Below the pieces are notes generated by a model that saw nothing but the letters and a program-made list of their open reading frames with translations, did not search any database and had not been told where the DNA came from. A DNA stretch of 53,498 bases from positions 1 to 53,498 of the IMG/VR virus record IMGVR_UViG_3300031857_000256; one strand, 5' to 3'. The position numbers and the translations under genes were made by a program. This document shows, piece by piece, positions 52,742 to 53,498 of this stretch (position 1 is the first letter of the stretch; each line of letters starts with the position of its first letter). The stretch comes from a virus (Duplodnaviria; Caudoviricetes).

Positions 52742-53498
52742 ATGTCAGATAGCAACAATCGCCAACCCGCAACCCCAACAGTCGTACCAAAAAAGCCGTC
52801 TGGTAATACCGTTTTGTGGCAAGCATCTGATGGGAGTATGTATATTTTAACTGAAAACAATTTTGATGCAGTTTTAAAAGCGGAATATGGTGAAAAATAT
52901 AAAAGAGAAATTGCAGGATTGGTAACTAAAGAAACTTTAAACGCATTTTTATCTATAATAAAAAGTGTTCCAGGTGAAGGGGTAGCTGCAAACTTGGCTA
53001 TAACCGGTGTAAAAATTTTAGCAAAAGGCGTAGTTAGTACAATTGGCGATGCGGTAGCTGGTAAAGAAATTACTCCTGGTAGTGTTTCGTATAATATTTA
53101 TAGTGAACTTTTTAAGTTATCCAATTTTGCTGGGGGTGGCCCGGTAGGCGGTGAAGGGGCCATACCAAGTGCTTTAACTTCTGCATATAAATATAAAAAG
53201 TTCATTACTACCAAAGATCCTGGGTTTTCGAAAGTAGCTATTATTAAATTTGCACAAACAAAATATTCGGACGAACTAATCATAAAAGGTGAAATAGGAT
53301 TTTTTTCAATAGGAAAGCGAGCGGAAAAGGCAGTTATAACATATATAAAAAACAAACTAGGTCATAAACCAGGACATAGTGAAACCGCCGGAAAAAATAT
53401 CGAAGAATATGATATATCAAGTATTGCACAAAATTGGGACGGAACTGATTTGGAAAATTTTGATAGATTTATTGCACAAGGATATAATATCGGAGAGG
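52742..53498 (+). CDS. 3'-truncated hypothetical protein (MSDSNNRQPATPTVVPKK...), missing from the ORF track
   Basis: ATG 52742 after an A-rich leader; manual translation finds no stop before the window end. Confidence 0.75.
   Translation, partial: MSDSNNRQPATPTVVPKKPSGNTVLWQASDGSMYILTENNFDAVLKAEYGEKYKREIAGLVTKETLNAFLSIIKSVPGEGVAANLAITGVKILAKGVVSTIGDAVAGKEITPGSVSYNIYSELFKLSNFAGGGPVGGEGAIPSALTSAYKYKKFITTKDPGFSKVAIIKFAQTKYSDELIIKGEIGFFSIGKRAEKAVITYIKNKLGHKPGHSETAGKNIEEYDISSIAQNWDGTDLENFDRFIAQGYNIGE

Noticed and set aside
53098-53355. 85-aa minus-strand ORF and other short minus-strand ORFs across the window
   Set aside because: All lie antisense within longer plus-strand genes (here 52742..>53498) and show no recognisable motifs.
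1-53498. Stop-codon reassignment as in some jumbo phages
   Set aside because: ORFs of 9.6-12.5 kb are open in the standard code and tile the window densely; reading through TAG 47929-47931 hits TGA within nine codons.

Overview
One AT-rich, entirely plus-strand virion-morphogenesis region of a large myovirus (T4-like gene order, probably a jumbo phage; standard genetic code; host possibly Bacteroidota, weakly supported). Order: partial BppU-like gene, an 876-aa fibre, neck/head-closure/tail-terminator genes (gp13/14/15-like), a ~37-kb block of appendage genes with three giant proteins (4182, 3626, 3217 aa) and their adaptors/chaperones, then tail sheath, tail tube, a gp26-like hub/chaperone gene, tape measure and baseplate genes. 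No capsid, replication, RNA, CRISPR or mobile-element genes were seen. Main observations: (1) the 4182-aa protein has 22 repeats that match the bilin-attachment helix of phycobiliproteins (C-x-R-D-[VI]-G-Y...L-x-x-G-G, same spacing); (2) it also has 22 separate amphipathic-helix repeats, and the two series nest like balanced brackets, suggesting a branched tree of split globin-like domains; (3) the 3626-aa fibre has two cupredoxin-like domains with intact amicyanin-type Cu ligands and a ~1040-aa Gly-X-Y Ser/Thr tract; (4) a candidate +1/-2 programmed frameshift joins the gp26-like gene to an ORF missing from the ORF track; (5) an intergenic ATA[T/C]TTATA motif, whose core is the reverse complement of the T4 late promoter. 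All assignments are by eye; no searches were run.
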